Positions 42,127 through 54,804 of a stretch of DNA of 64,000 bases are shown here, in pieces. Numbering within the stretch: position 1 is the stretch's first letter; each line of letters starts with the position of its first letter. Location of the stretch: NCBI RefSeq assembly GCF_009914755.1, contig NC_060926.1; one strand, 5' to 3'. Source of the DNA: the human T2T-CHM13v2.0 reference genome, Homo sapiens. Position numbers and translations under genes: made by a program. The notes below the pieces were generated by a model that saw only the letters and a program-made list of their open reading frames with translations, was not told where the DNA came from and ran no database searches.

Positions 42127-43403
42127 AGTTTTGGAGGTTTCTACTGAGATATTCACAAGCTTGGAGATTCTTTCCTCAGCTGTGTCCAGCCTACTGAAAG
42201 CCCCTCAAAGGCATTTTTCATTCTGTTGCAGTGCTTTTGATCTCTACCATTTTTTTTTGTTTCCTTTTTAGAATTTTTGTCTCTCTCCTTACATTGTCCA
42301 TCAGTTCTCACATGCTGTGTACTCTATCCATTAGAGCCCTTAGCATATTAATCATGGTTGTTTTAAATTACTGGTCTGATAAATCCAACATCCATACCAT
42401 GTCAGGTCTGGTTCTGATGCTTGCTCTGTCTCTTCGAAGTGTGTGTGTTTTTTATTTTAGTATGTATTGTAATTTTTTCTTAATAGCTAGACATGATTTA
42501 TTGGGTAAAAGGAAGTGTAAATAAGCCTTTAGTAAGATGATTATAAGGTGTAGAGGAGGGAAAGAATTCTATAGTCCTATGATTAGGTCTTTATTAATTC
42601 TGTACATCTGGACTGTGAACTTCACACACGGTTCTCAGTATTTCCCCTTCTTCCCCACTTAGGTGGGACAGGATCGAGTGGACTGGTGTTGAGTATTCCC
42701 TTCCTCTATGTGGAGGGCGAGAGTCAGCTAGTCTACCTTATTTTCTTTTCCCCAGCTCAGTTAGGCTCAGATAAAATCCCAGCAAGTTAGGCTTTGGTTA
42801 AAAATTTCTCCTGAGGGGCAGACCTTGTAAAGAACAGAATGCTCTGAGGTATTCAAAATGGTTCTTTTCCTCTCCCCCTGCTAGAGGAATGAGGGAATTT
42901 TAATCTGATATTCACTGGGAGGACCTGGTAGAACTCCTTGAGGTAAATCTCAGAGTAGTATGGGGTTCCCACTATGACTAGGTCACCCCTTCCTCCCCTA
43001 CTCCAGAGTTTTTAACTCTCAGTTTGTCTACTCCAAGTCTCCAGCAATATACCAATTATAGTTAAGGCTTTCCTAGCCCTGCACTGGTTCCTGCCAAGCT
43101 CTGGTATGGTAAGTTGTGATTCTCTGTATCCACCTGTCTGTCTCTTCAATTTTGAGGGCGCTGGTTTGCCCTGTGACCTCACTTCTCTGATGCATCTAAG
43201 AAGAATTGTTCATTTTTCAGTTAGTTCAGCTTTTTGATTCTTGTGAGGATGAAGTGGTGACTTCTAAGCTCCTTACATGCTAGGCTGGCGCTCTTTTATT
43301 TCTTATTGTTTATTTTTAAAGGCATATGTAATCCCCAGTTTCTATTCCTTCTGAGCTCCTAATTATTGCCGTGGAACAATTGTTGAGGAATTGTGAATGA
43401 CTT

Positions 43404-45839
43404 TGCTATGGTCTGAAATTCACATGCTGGAACTTAATTCCCAATGTGATCTATTAAGAAGCGGGGCCTTTGGGAAGTGATTAAGTCATGGAGGCAGAGC
43501 CCTCACGAATGGGATTAATGCTCTTATAAAAAGGGTTGAGGGAACTTGCTGGCCTTTGGTGCCATGTGAGGACACCGTGTTCCTCCTTTTTGCCATGTGA
43601 CTGTGCAGCAACAAGGTGCCATTTTGGAAGCAGAGACTGGACTCTTACCAGACACCAAATATGCTGGCTCTTTGATCTTGGACCTTCCAGCCCCTATTAC
43701 TGTAAGCAATACATTTCTATTACTTATGAGTTACCCTGTATTGGGTATTTTTTTGTTATAGCAGCCTGAATGGACTGAGACAGAAATTGATACATAGAAG
43801 TGGGGTGCTGATGTCACAAATACCAGGAAGGGCTTTTCTAATGAGAGCTCAGAAGAAGAGGAGAGCTATAGAGAAAGCTTCTGTCTCCCTAGAGATTACC
43901 AAAGTGTTTGTGACCAGAATGTTGGTAGAAATATGAATATTAATGGCCATTCTGATGAGGTTTCAGATGGAAGAGAGGAATATGTAATTAGATAACGGAG
44001 GAAAGGCCATTCTTGTCATAAAGTGGCAAAGAACTGGGCTGAAATTGTGTTCATTTCCTAGTGCTTTGTAAAAAGTAGAATTTGCAAGTGATGCAATAGG
44101 ATATTTGGTCAAATAAATTTCTAAGCAAAGTGTTGGTGGTGTGGCATGGCTTCTCTTGGCTGCTTAAAGTGCAAGAAGAGACATGTAAATTAATTTAATT
44201 TATAAAAATTAATATAATAATTTAATTAACAAATATGATCAAAAGGGAAGCAGAGTTTAAAGATTTGGAAAATTTTCAGCCTACCCATGTTGTAAAGATA
44301 AAAAAAGCATGTATGGGAGAAAGCAATAAGGGTTTGGCCAAGCAAACATTTGATAAGATTAGTATGGATATAAGGAAGACAGATGCTATTAATCAAGACA
44401 ATGGAAGAATGACCCCAAAGGCATTTTGGAGAATGTTGGGGCTACATTCCCATCATAGGTCCAGAGTTCCAGGGCCTTGAGGGCAGAATAGTTTCAAAGC
44501 AGATGCCCAGGGGACATCATGACTCACTGTCCAGTGCCATCTCAAGTCTCTGCTCTCTATCCAGATGCAGTGCTCTTTGGCTGCCCCACATGTGGCTCCA
44601 GTGGGCCCAGATGCAATGCGGGCTTTAGTAGTCTTCCTTCTGGAGGCCACAAGTGGTAAACCACAGCAGCATTCACATGGTGGTGCATTGTCTGCAGGTG
44701 CACAGAATGTAAGGTCTGTGGGTGGATGTAGACCTCCACCTAAATGTCAAAGGATACCATAGAGAGCCCCAGAGCCCAGACAGAGAGCTGAAACATGGGT
44801 GAGGGCACCAAGAGATCTCTCACCTGGGCAATGCCTAGTGGAGCCATGGGGTTGAGGCCACAGCAGTGAGTCCCAATTAGGGCAATGCTCAATGGAGTTG
44901 TCAGGGGAAGGTTGCTTCTGAGACTCCAGCCTGGTAGGGCCATTAGCGTGCAACTTCAGCCTGGGAGAACTGCAGGTATTTGACTCCAGTGCATGAGAGC
45001 TGAAGCATGGGCTGTGCCCAGCAAAGCCGTGGGGGCAGGGCTGTTTGAGTCCTTGGGGGCCCAATCTCCCTCCTCACTGTTTCTGGAAAATAGGACATAA
45101 AGTCAAGGAAGGTTATTCTTAAACCTTAGGATTTAATGTTTGCCTTTTTGGGCTTTGGATTTACTTGGGACCAGTTACACCTTTCTTTCTATTTCTCACT
45201 TTTGGAATGGAAATATCTATGCTATCCCTGCCCATCATTGTATTTTGGAAGCACATAATTTGTTTGATTTCACAAGTTCACAGGTGGAGAGAAGTTTGCC
45301 TACAGATAAATTGTACCTTGAGCGTCACCCATATCCGATTTAGATGATATTTAGATGAGATGCTGGACTTCAGATTTTAAGTTGTGACACTTGGAGCTAT
45401 TCAGATGGAATAAATATATTTTGCATGTGAAAAGAACTTGCAATTTGGGGGACCAGGGCAGAATGCTATAGTCTGAATGTTTGTTTCCCCCCACCCCAAA
45501 TTTATATGTTTGAAATTAATCCCCAACATGATGTATTAAGAGGTGGGGCCTTTGAAAGGTGATTAGGTCATGAGGGTGGAGCCCCCATGAATGACATTAG
45601 TGCCCTTATTAAAGGATTTGAGAAGCTTGCTTCCCCCTTCTGCCCCTTCTGCCATGTGAGGACACAGCTACAAGGTGTCATCCAGGAAGCAGAGACTGGG
45701 TGCCCTGCAGAATTGTGAGCCAAAAATTTCTGTTGTTTCTAAATTACCCAGCCTAGGTGTTTTTTTTCTTCCACATCAACAAAGCAAAGGCAAATAGTCT
45801 AAGGTATTTTTGTTATAGCAGCCCAAATGAATGGAGACA
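43404..45839 (+). mobile_element. Complete MaLR element (MLT1A/MSTD-class): LTR 43404-43782, internal 43783-45463, LTR 45464-45839
   Basis: Both LTRs start TGCTAT(G/A)GTCTGAA and end ...GAGACA; internal region starts GAAATTGATACATAGAAGTGGGGTG and ends with a purine-rich GGGGGACCAGGGCAGAA; degenerate TSD GACTT/AAGTT. Confidence 0.88.
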
Positions 45840-46830
45840 AAGTTTATACATATATCTTATAACACATTGCTTTTCACTAAGTTTATTTCCATATTTTCAC
45901 AACGTTAAGCTTAACCTATAAAATTTTAGATGATTTGGACTTCATTTATTTTAGTATCTGCCCATGATAAAGACAGCAGATGGCTGACAAACTTCAAATC
46001 TGACCTTTTAAAGCCAAAATCAGAAAATGAACTGATCAGAATGTTTTGCACTGCTACTTTTATTTTCCGAAGTCTGAAACTCACATTTCTTCTTAATGTC
46101 TTTTTCAGAAACTAAAAAAAAAAATTAACTTTTTCTTTAAATTTGAAAAGTAGTTGGATTGCCTATAATAAAATCAATCCTTTGACAAAGTACGTTCCTT
46201 TTCTCCTTACAACAGGTTAACCTTTTAAAGAAATGAGTGTGTAGGAGCTAGAGGTGGTCAGTTCCTATAAGCACATTATAGTTCCTGTCTTAGCTTGGAC
46301 TAGAAAGTTGAGCATAAAATTCTCACAAACGTTCTTTAGGAAAAGGGCTTTACAATAACTGCTTTATAGCCATATCCTCATGGAATACTGAGGCATTTCT
46401 GTTTTCCTGGGTTCTGTGATCACATATCCAAGCTTTCCAGAACAATTCTGTTTTTGTATAGTTTTGTTCTTTCTCAAAGCAGTGCATTAAGGGTTAACAA
46501 AAGTGGTCTAAAACTATACCTTTGCATATTGTAAATAAAAATGAATTCAAACATCAGGATAACATATACTGATATTTGGTTTTTCCTTTAGAAAGTAAAA
46601 GTGGTAAAGTATTTTACTGTGCAATATGAGGAATATTGTGTTTCTTGTATTCCCTCCCCTCCCCTCCCCTCCCTTCCGCTCCCTCTCTTCCTTTCTTCCT
46701 CTCTCTCTCTTTCTCCTTCTTGCTTTTGTTATTCCTATCAATACCTATTTATTAAATACATATGCCAGGTGCCTACAAAATGTGGGTCTTGTTTGTTTAT
46801 TTTTCAAATTCACTTTCGTTGTATATTAAG

Positions 46831-46891
46831 GAAATATGGGGGAGGATTAAGAAGCAGAAGCAGTGAAGCACAAAGCAGGCAATAAATTCAG
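46831..46891 (+). ncRNA. Candidate non-coding exon
   Basis: TTCACTTTCGTTGTATATTAAG| ... ATTCAG|GTGAGG; stops in all three frames. Confidence 0.3.
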
Positions 46892-47780
46892 GTGAGGAGA
46901 CCATGTCTGGTTGATTCTCTCCAAGCCTTTCTAAGGAGTGAACTATGAACTCTAACTCCAGCACACATTTCCACCCCATACAGATCTTTCTGGTGCTCCT
47001 TGGGAGGGCTTTGAATCTCTGGTCATTGGAGTGTCTCAGTTAATCTCTACCAAGTTAAGGATCTGGATTCTGCAACTTTCCCTATCAAATTATCTGATCT
47101 AGCTCTGGTTTGGGTTCCTGTTCTTGAATTTTTCTTTTCATAGACTCTCGGTTTCTAATTGCAATAATAAATGGTATTTCTCTGCCCCCAGACATCTGCT
47201 GTATGAGTCTTGCTTGTAAAGTCTCCCAGGTGAATTCTGACAATAAATGACTCGGTAGCATTACATTTCTCCAGAACGCTTTCAGGTTGAGAAGGAGAGC
47301 TCTGGGAAGCTGTTTCTGGTTTACTTCAGCTGGCTTTGCTTGGATAGAAAAGAAAGTAAGTGGGTCTCTAATTTCTGCTCCTTATCTGCCACTTTTTCTC
47401 AAAAGGACAATGTGCCTTTTAGGTGAGGGCTTCTCTAGTTTGTGTTTTGGAGACTTTAATATGCTCAGAGCAGGAGTGGTACCTCTGTCTTCTGCACAGT
47501 GTCTGGCTGCCAAGGTGATGCTGAAGCTCCTTTCACCACTGCTCCTTATTTAGTGCTGTGCTGCTAGCTTTTCCACTCATCCCATATGACTCATGGGTGA
47601 GCCATAGCACCATGCCTTCCACGGTGTACCAGCCTTTGCTTTGATTCATTCTGTGCAGGTTACATAGGGTGTTCTAAGCTCTCCTTGTCCTTTGAGTCTG
47701 AGCCTTATTTTTCCTTGCCTGATGAACATTTGGACTATAACACTCACGCTGAGGAAATTGGCCACATTAAGCTAAGTTAC

Positions 47781-48118
47781 TGTCTTTGTTTGTTTGGGCT
47801 GCTAGAACAAAATGTCATAGACTGGGTGGCTTATAAACAACAGAAATTGGAAGTCCAAGATCAGAGTGCTGGCAAGACTTGCTGTCTGGTGGGGGCCTAC
47901 TTCCTGGTTTACAGACAGCTGTCTTTTCCCTGCAACCTCACATGGTAGAAGGGGCAAGGGATCTCTCTCGAGCCTCTTTTATAGGATACTAATCCCATTC
48001 ATGAGGGCACCACTGTCATGATCTGATCACCTCCCAAAGCCCCCACCTCCTAATACCATCACACTGGCGATTAGATTTCAACATAATTTTGAGGGGACAC
48101 AAACATCATATCGTAGCA
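47781..48118 (-). mobile_element. MLT1A/MST-class MaLR solo LTR
   Basis: TGTCTTTG...GACTGGGTGGCTTATAAACAACAGAAATT...GAGGGGACACAAACAT...GTAGCA. Confidence 0.85.
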
Positions 48119-49410
48119 GTTGGAGAAGGAGAGTAAGATATAGAGATACAGAAATAAAGCTGATAATCTGGACTGGGGCTGTGGACCTAAATAGAAGAAA
48201 AATGTACTCGACTAAAATTAACAAAAACAGCAAAATAATAATAATAATAACAACAAAAAAAAGCCTTATCACGGCAAAATGCAATCTGGCATTTCTTATG
48301 ATCAATCAAGGATGCCTCATATAGTTAAGGTAAGAATACTTTAGAAAGCAGTCAGAAGCATTCGTGTTTTATGATGAGACAAGGGAAGAAACCTGAGACG
48401 GCCTTCTGTCAAAATATTACAACTCCAAAGACATCTTTCACGTACAGATGGGAGTCCTTTTGCTATCAGTCAGTGCTTAGCAGAGTTCCTGGCTAGGTCC
48501 AAGCTGCGGTTCATGTGTCTGGGAATGTTTAGTCACCTGGTAAGAGAATGGAGGGTGGGTGTGCTTGAATGAACTGACTTCAAGGGTTTTGCTCCATGAA
48601 GAAAGGAGAAAATTTTCCTTAAGGGATTAGGGTAGGAGTGGAGGACAGTATAGTATTTGCCTCAGCTGTGTCCTCATACTGGTTTGAAGGACTTGAGTTT
48701 GAACCCTGTGGAGAGATGGGCTATAGGCAGAAGCGGAAATATTATTTTCCAGAGAGACTTGAGAGTCAAGGGGCACTTCCATCACCGCATCAGAGGGGAG
48801 AGGAGTGTGCACTGAGACTCCAGGGACATCCTGGATGCTTGCTACAGATTTGGAAATCCAAGAGGCAGTTTCTTTAACCCTGCCATTTGTAATATAACAG
48901 CCAGTATCGACAGGCTGCTGAGATCTGGGAAGCTTCCCTTAAACTGTATGCCATTATTGGTGCGTAGAGAGATGCTGCGGGTAGAAGTCATGGTGTGCAA
49001 AAGAAGCACAGGCCACTCAGCGACTTCGCCATGAAAACAGAAACATCCCAGAAATTCATAGAAATCTTAGAACAGGTATTGGGAGTTTTACAATTTGAGG
49101 CATGGAGCTTAGAGTCTATTTTATTTAGATCTAAAGATGGTGCTTGGGTTCCTTCCTTCCTCCTTCCCTCCATGTGTCGCTCCTTTCCTCCATCTCTCCT
49201 CTAATTCCATCCTCCCTCCATCCCTTTCTTCTTTCCATGATATTAAAAATAAAGTAGACTACAGTTATTTTTTCTTTACCTCATCTTCAATTTATTTTTT
49301 GCTACATTTTTTGTGTTATTGAATGGGCCTTAGGGATTGACTAGACAGTGCCTGAGAACTCTGTCGGCTACATCCTTAAATCAGCCATCCAAGAACTAGG
49401 CATATATTGA

Positions 49411-50640
<1,230 letters not shown>

Positions 50641-51641
50641 GCACCTAAGTCACAGCTCCTGGTGGTGTATTGGGAAGATGATTAGTTGAAGAGCTAATGC
50701 CAAGGGATTAATGTCTATAAAATGGGCATCCTAAAATAAACCTAAGAACTAAGGCGGTCTGGCCTTATTACATTTGGGGTTGATGCCAGGAAATACCAGG
50801 GTGCCTCTGGTCATTAACATCCCTCCCCTCATGCATCAAGTCCTCTCTCTCTCTCTGTCCCTCTCTTTTAAGTTTACATATTGGTTCAGGACAGAAATTG
50901 GGGGGTTTAACACTTTGAACTTGTGAGAGGGCCACTTCAAGATGGTTTAGCACACCATGAGTGCCTGGTTGCTCATTGGCAGGTCCTGTGCTAATAAGCA
51001 CACCTGCCTGAAGTGTGCTTACACCTTGGCTCAGCCAGATTGTCTTATTATTTAGATGATGGCTAAAAAGTAGGAGGGGGTGAAACGGTAGCTCCCATGA
51101 TAGGAAAATGAAAGCCTTTCTATATTTTTCTGTCTCTTCCAAGACACCTATTTTTAGGAAGTATGAAATTGGCAGGTATGTGCTGTCTTCCATTCTTTAT
51201 ACCTGACGGCTTCAAGGATACAGGCCAAACTGCAAAGTGTTTAGAGAAGAAAAATGCAAATGTATGCCTTAAAAAATTAGTCAGATAGGGGAGAGATTTG
51301 GAGATTCAAATGTGTGACTCTTGCCTTGTTAAACGTAAATGTGAAACATGATTACTAGCTATAACCAATTGGAAAGGTGTGGCTTCCCAGAGGTTCAAGA
51401 AGCAACTCCTGGCCACAGTTGCAGGAAATGAGGTCGGAGTGTTGTGTAAGGAGGCTGGCTGGCACACCACCTGGCAACCACTGCCAAACATTAGAAATTG
51501 GCTCTTGAAACTAAACCTGTTTGAATCACTGGCCTGAGTCAGCCTTGTTCACTGCAGCCCTGTCAAGGGGGCCAATACTGGGGCTCAGATTTTCCATGTT
51601 TAGGATCATCCTCCTTGCGTTGTCATATTGTTCTCTTTCAG

Positions 51642-51716
51642 GTGCTAAAAGCATCTTTCAAGTTATCAACATGTTCTTCTTTTAGTGCTTCAGTTTGGGG
51701 AACAAGATTTTTAAAG
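51642..51716 (+). ncRNA. Candidate exon
   Basis: TTGTTCTCTTTCAG| ... TTTAAAG|GTAATG; 75 bp. Confidence 0.3.
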
Positions 51717-51827
51717 GTAATGTTGCAGACCTGCAATCTGGTTCATTAACCTCTCTTGGAGACTGGGTGTGTCTCGCTGTGGCTCCTATGGCACACTTAT
51801 GTTTAGCATGCCAAAATGTTAAAGAGG

Positions 51828-52008
51828 ATAGATATATATACAGTATGTATATGTCTATGAGTGTGTGTGTGTATATATATATAAATATATATATAAATAT
51901 ATATATAAATATATATAAATATATATATAAATATATAAATATATATAAATATATAAATATATATAAATATATATATAAAAATATATATATATAAATATAT
52001 ATATATAT
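51828..52008. repeat. (TATATAAA)n / (TA)n AT-rich repeat
   Basis: Directly visible. Confidence 0.95.
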
Positions 52009-52109
52009 TTAGGTTCCCAGAATTGGATTATAGTTCTTTGTTTATGATACATTCTCGATATTAGTTCATGCATGGACCATTTTTATTTGTTTTCTTAGTG
52101 TGACTATTC

Positions 52110-52457
52110 ATCAAATATTTCTGGCCCTTGGCCCTCTGGGCATGTGGCTCGACTGCATTTCCCTATACACTCTGAAATTTGGTATGGTCATGTGACTTGC
52201 TTGGGCTGACAAAATGTAAGCAGAAGTGATGTGTATCATTTCTGAGCAGAAGCACTGAAGCAAGTGCATGATCCGCCATACACCCTTCCCCCTGCTATGG
52301 TGATCATGGAAACATTTTCCAACCTGGGTCCTTGAGTGGCTATGATGAACAGAGTCCTCCGGCTGATCTGCACTGGACATGTAGTATGGTCAGAAAATGC
52401 ACTTATGTTGTGTTTGAGATTTTGAATTGTTGGACGGCATCACCTCGCCTACCTGCT
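52110..52457 (+). mobile_element. MLT1J-like LTR
   Basis: GGTCATGTGACTTGCTTGGGC...GCAGAAGTGATGTGTATCATTTCTG...CTGGGTCCTTGAGTG...GGACATGTAGTATG. Confidence 0.7.
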
Positions 52458-53043
52458 TGTGGCAGTTAATAAGCTATTGTTTCTCAGTGCCTAACCCACC
52501 CTTCCCTAATCCCGTGTGTCTGGAGCTGGGATTTTGCTCCTCACGTGCCTCCTTAGCCAGCTGCTCCTGTTATGTTTCGCCAGTAGGGGGCAGCACACAC
52601 AGAGAGACCAGAAGGCAGGAATAGGGCAAAGGGAGGGGCTCTTGGCTCTTCCCTGTTCTGCTTGCTGTTCCTGTCAGCATTGCTTCATCCATGGCTTCTC
52701 ACCCTGACAGTGTCAGTTGGTTCCAGTTTCCAGCTTCTTCTGGCACGTTCAGGACTAGTTTTATTGTTCCCTGCCAGAGGCACCAGCGCAAGATGGGCAG
52801 GCTGCCCCTCTCAGACTCCATGAGGTGCCTTGTCTGAGTTTCCAGTTTCTGATAATCCTGGCCTTTTTCATTTTTCTAGCCCTAAGAGTGGTAGCTGATT
52901 CTTGTTACCATATATATGCTACCTTCATGTTCCTTTTTTTGCTTTTGAATTCCTCAAAGACTTATTTAACCCATTCCGTATGTTATCTCTGTTAAAATAA
53001 TTAGTATGGTTTCTGTATTCTTGCATAGATCCTAGCTGATACA
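52458..53043 (+). mobile_element. ERVL solo LTR (LTR41/LTR33-like)
   Basis: TGTGGCAGTTAATAAGCTATTG...CTGGAGCTGGGA...CTCTGTTAAAATAATTAGTATGGTTTCTGT...CTGATACA. Subfamily assigned from memory. Confidence 0.55.
52577..52595 (+). promoter_or_regulatory. CTCF-binding motif
   Basis: CCAGTAGGGGGCAG (52580-52593) fits CCASYAGRKGGCRS at every position. Confidence 0.6.
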
Positions 53044-53060
53044 CAGATTGATATAATTAT

Positions 53061-53237
<177 letters not shown>

Positions 53238-54359
53238 TAATTATTTTTAATAATGTAAGAAGCACTCATGAATTTGCTAACCTAAAACCAGGTCTAAAGG
53301 CAGTTCCTTGTAAATGACCTTTATTTAACCGTATAGCCTTTACTCCCTATTCCATTTTCCAGCCTCTTCCCACAAATGCTAATTGGTGGCCTTGATCCTA
53401 TGTTTATCACTCCCTATTTGTCCCTTTTATGTAGTTTTTATTATATTTATAGGCATGCCTAACCCTAAAAATTATATATTTTAATTATAGTTGTTTTAGT
53501 TTTATGAAAAGGATATATATGGTATGTAATATTTTTACTTTTTAACTTAATTGCTAGAATTTGTCTATTATATATTGTTGTTTATTGCTTTATTTGTTTT
53601 TGAATTGCTGTGTAATGTTCAATTGGGTTAATAGCCTAAAGTATATAATTTGAAGTAAATTAGGAAAAGCAAACTCTAGGCTTCATATGATTTCAGTAGC
53701 AAGTCATGGAAACCAAGTAAATTAGGGAAAGCAAATGCTGGGTTTTATGTGATTTGAATACCAAAAGTTGATACTGAAAAGCAGCCCTACTGGTCTTTCT
53801 GATGTAGTTGATGACCGTATACTCTGGACTCATAGATCAAGCAGCGAGTGAAGAAAGAGTACACATCTCACTAAACATTTACATTTGCTAATGGGGTTTT
53901 TGTCTTTATACAATTTAACTTTTTATTTAATTAAAAACTAATCCAAGTGTGGAAAGAGAGTCAACACAGAAGGAAGATTAGATGGACCAGATAATCAGAT
54001 GCCTCACTTTTTAAAGTTGTCTCTATGAATCAATGTCATCCTTAAAAGAAAAGTCATTTTCACTGAAGCTTGACGGCACATCATTTTCTGTGGGTTAGAT
54101 GGGTACAAGGAGTTCATAAACTATAAAGCACTGGAAGTTACTAATAATTACAATTAATGGTAGTTACTATTCATTACAATTAATAGTAATTACAAAAACA
54201 GTTAACAAAAGAACTGAAAGACAGTCTTTCTCAGAGCAATTCTAAAGCCTTGCCAGTTTGTCTGAAGGCACTTACGTGGCAGAGCTTCCTTGCCCAGTAC
54301 CAGCCAGTGAATTCCAGTGTTCTGAGAGAGAACTTGCGAAGAGATACTGAGCAAATAGT

Positions 54360-54620
54360 GAATAATAAAAATAACAGAAGCTAACATTTATTGAGTACCT
54401 ATTGGGAACCTGGACCTGCTAAATGATTTATATGCATCATTTCGTTTTATCCACATAACAGGGTAGGTACTATCATTGTCTCCATTTTTATAGATGAGGA
54501 AATCAAAATCAAGAGAGTGTAAGCCACTTGTTCAAAGTCATGCAGCTATTAAATGGTGAAGCTGGAGTGTAAACCTAGGTCTATTGATCTCTGGAGCCTG
54601 AGTTCCTAATCTCATAATTC
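54360..54620 (-). mobile_element. MIR SINE
   Basis: GCTAACATTTATTGAGTACCTA...CCATTTTTATAGATGAGGAAA...AAAGTCATGCAGCT. Confidence 0.8.
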
Positions 54621-54804
54621 TTAACAAACTTCGGCCAAACACAAGCTCTATATTTTTGTTGTATTTGATACATTTTTTTTTTATAGTCATGTCAACTTCA
54701 AATTGTCTTTCTCAAATACTAGAGAGGCAGGGAGTAGAGCTTATATAGGCTGGACCACAAAATGCAAAGCTGTCTGAATTTTAACCTTATTTCTATATTC
54801 AATC

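Larger units (their letters stand above)
33950..43290 (-). mobile_element. Near full-length ancient L1 (L1MC/L1MD-like) with nested insertions
   Basis: 3' end GTGGTACATTTATTACAACTGATGAACC...AGAGTCCATAATTTACATCAGGGTTCACTC; continuous antisense ORF2-type sequence; 5'UTR-type end ...GACTTCTAAGCTCCTTACATGC near 43280. Confidence 0.8.

Noticed and set aside
44235-45064. Cluster of short ORFs on both strands
   Set aside because: Decayed MaLR internal sequence; no continuous frame.
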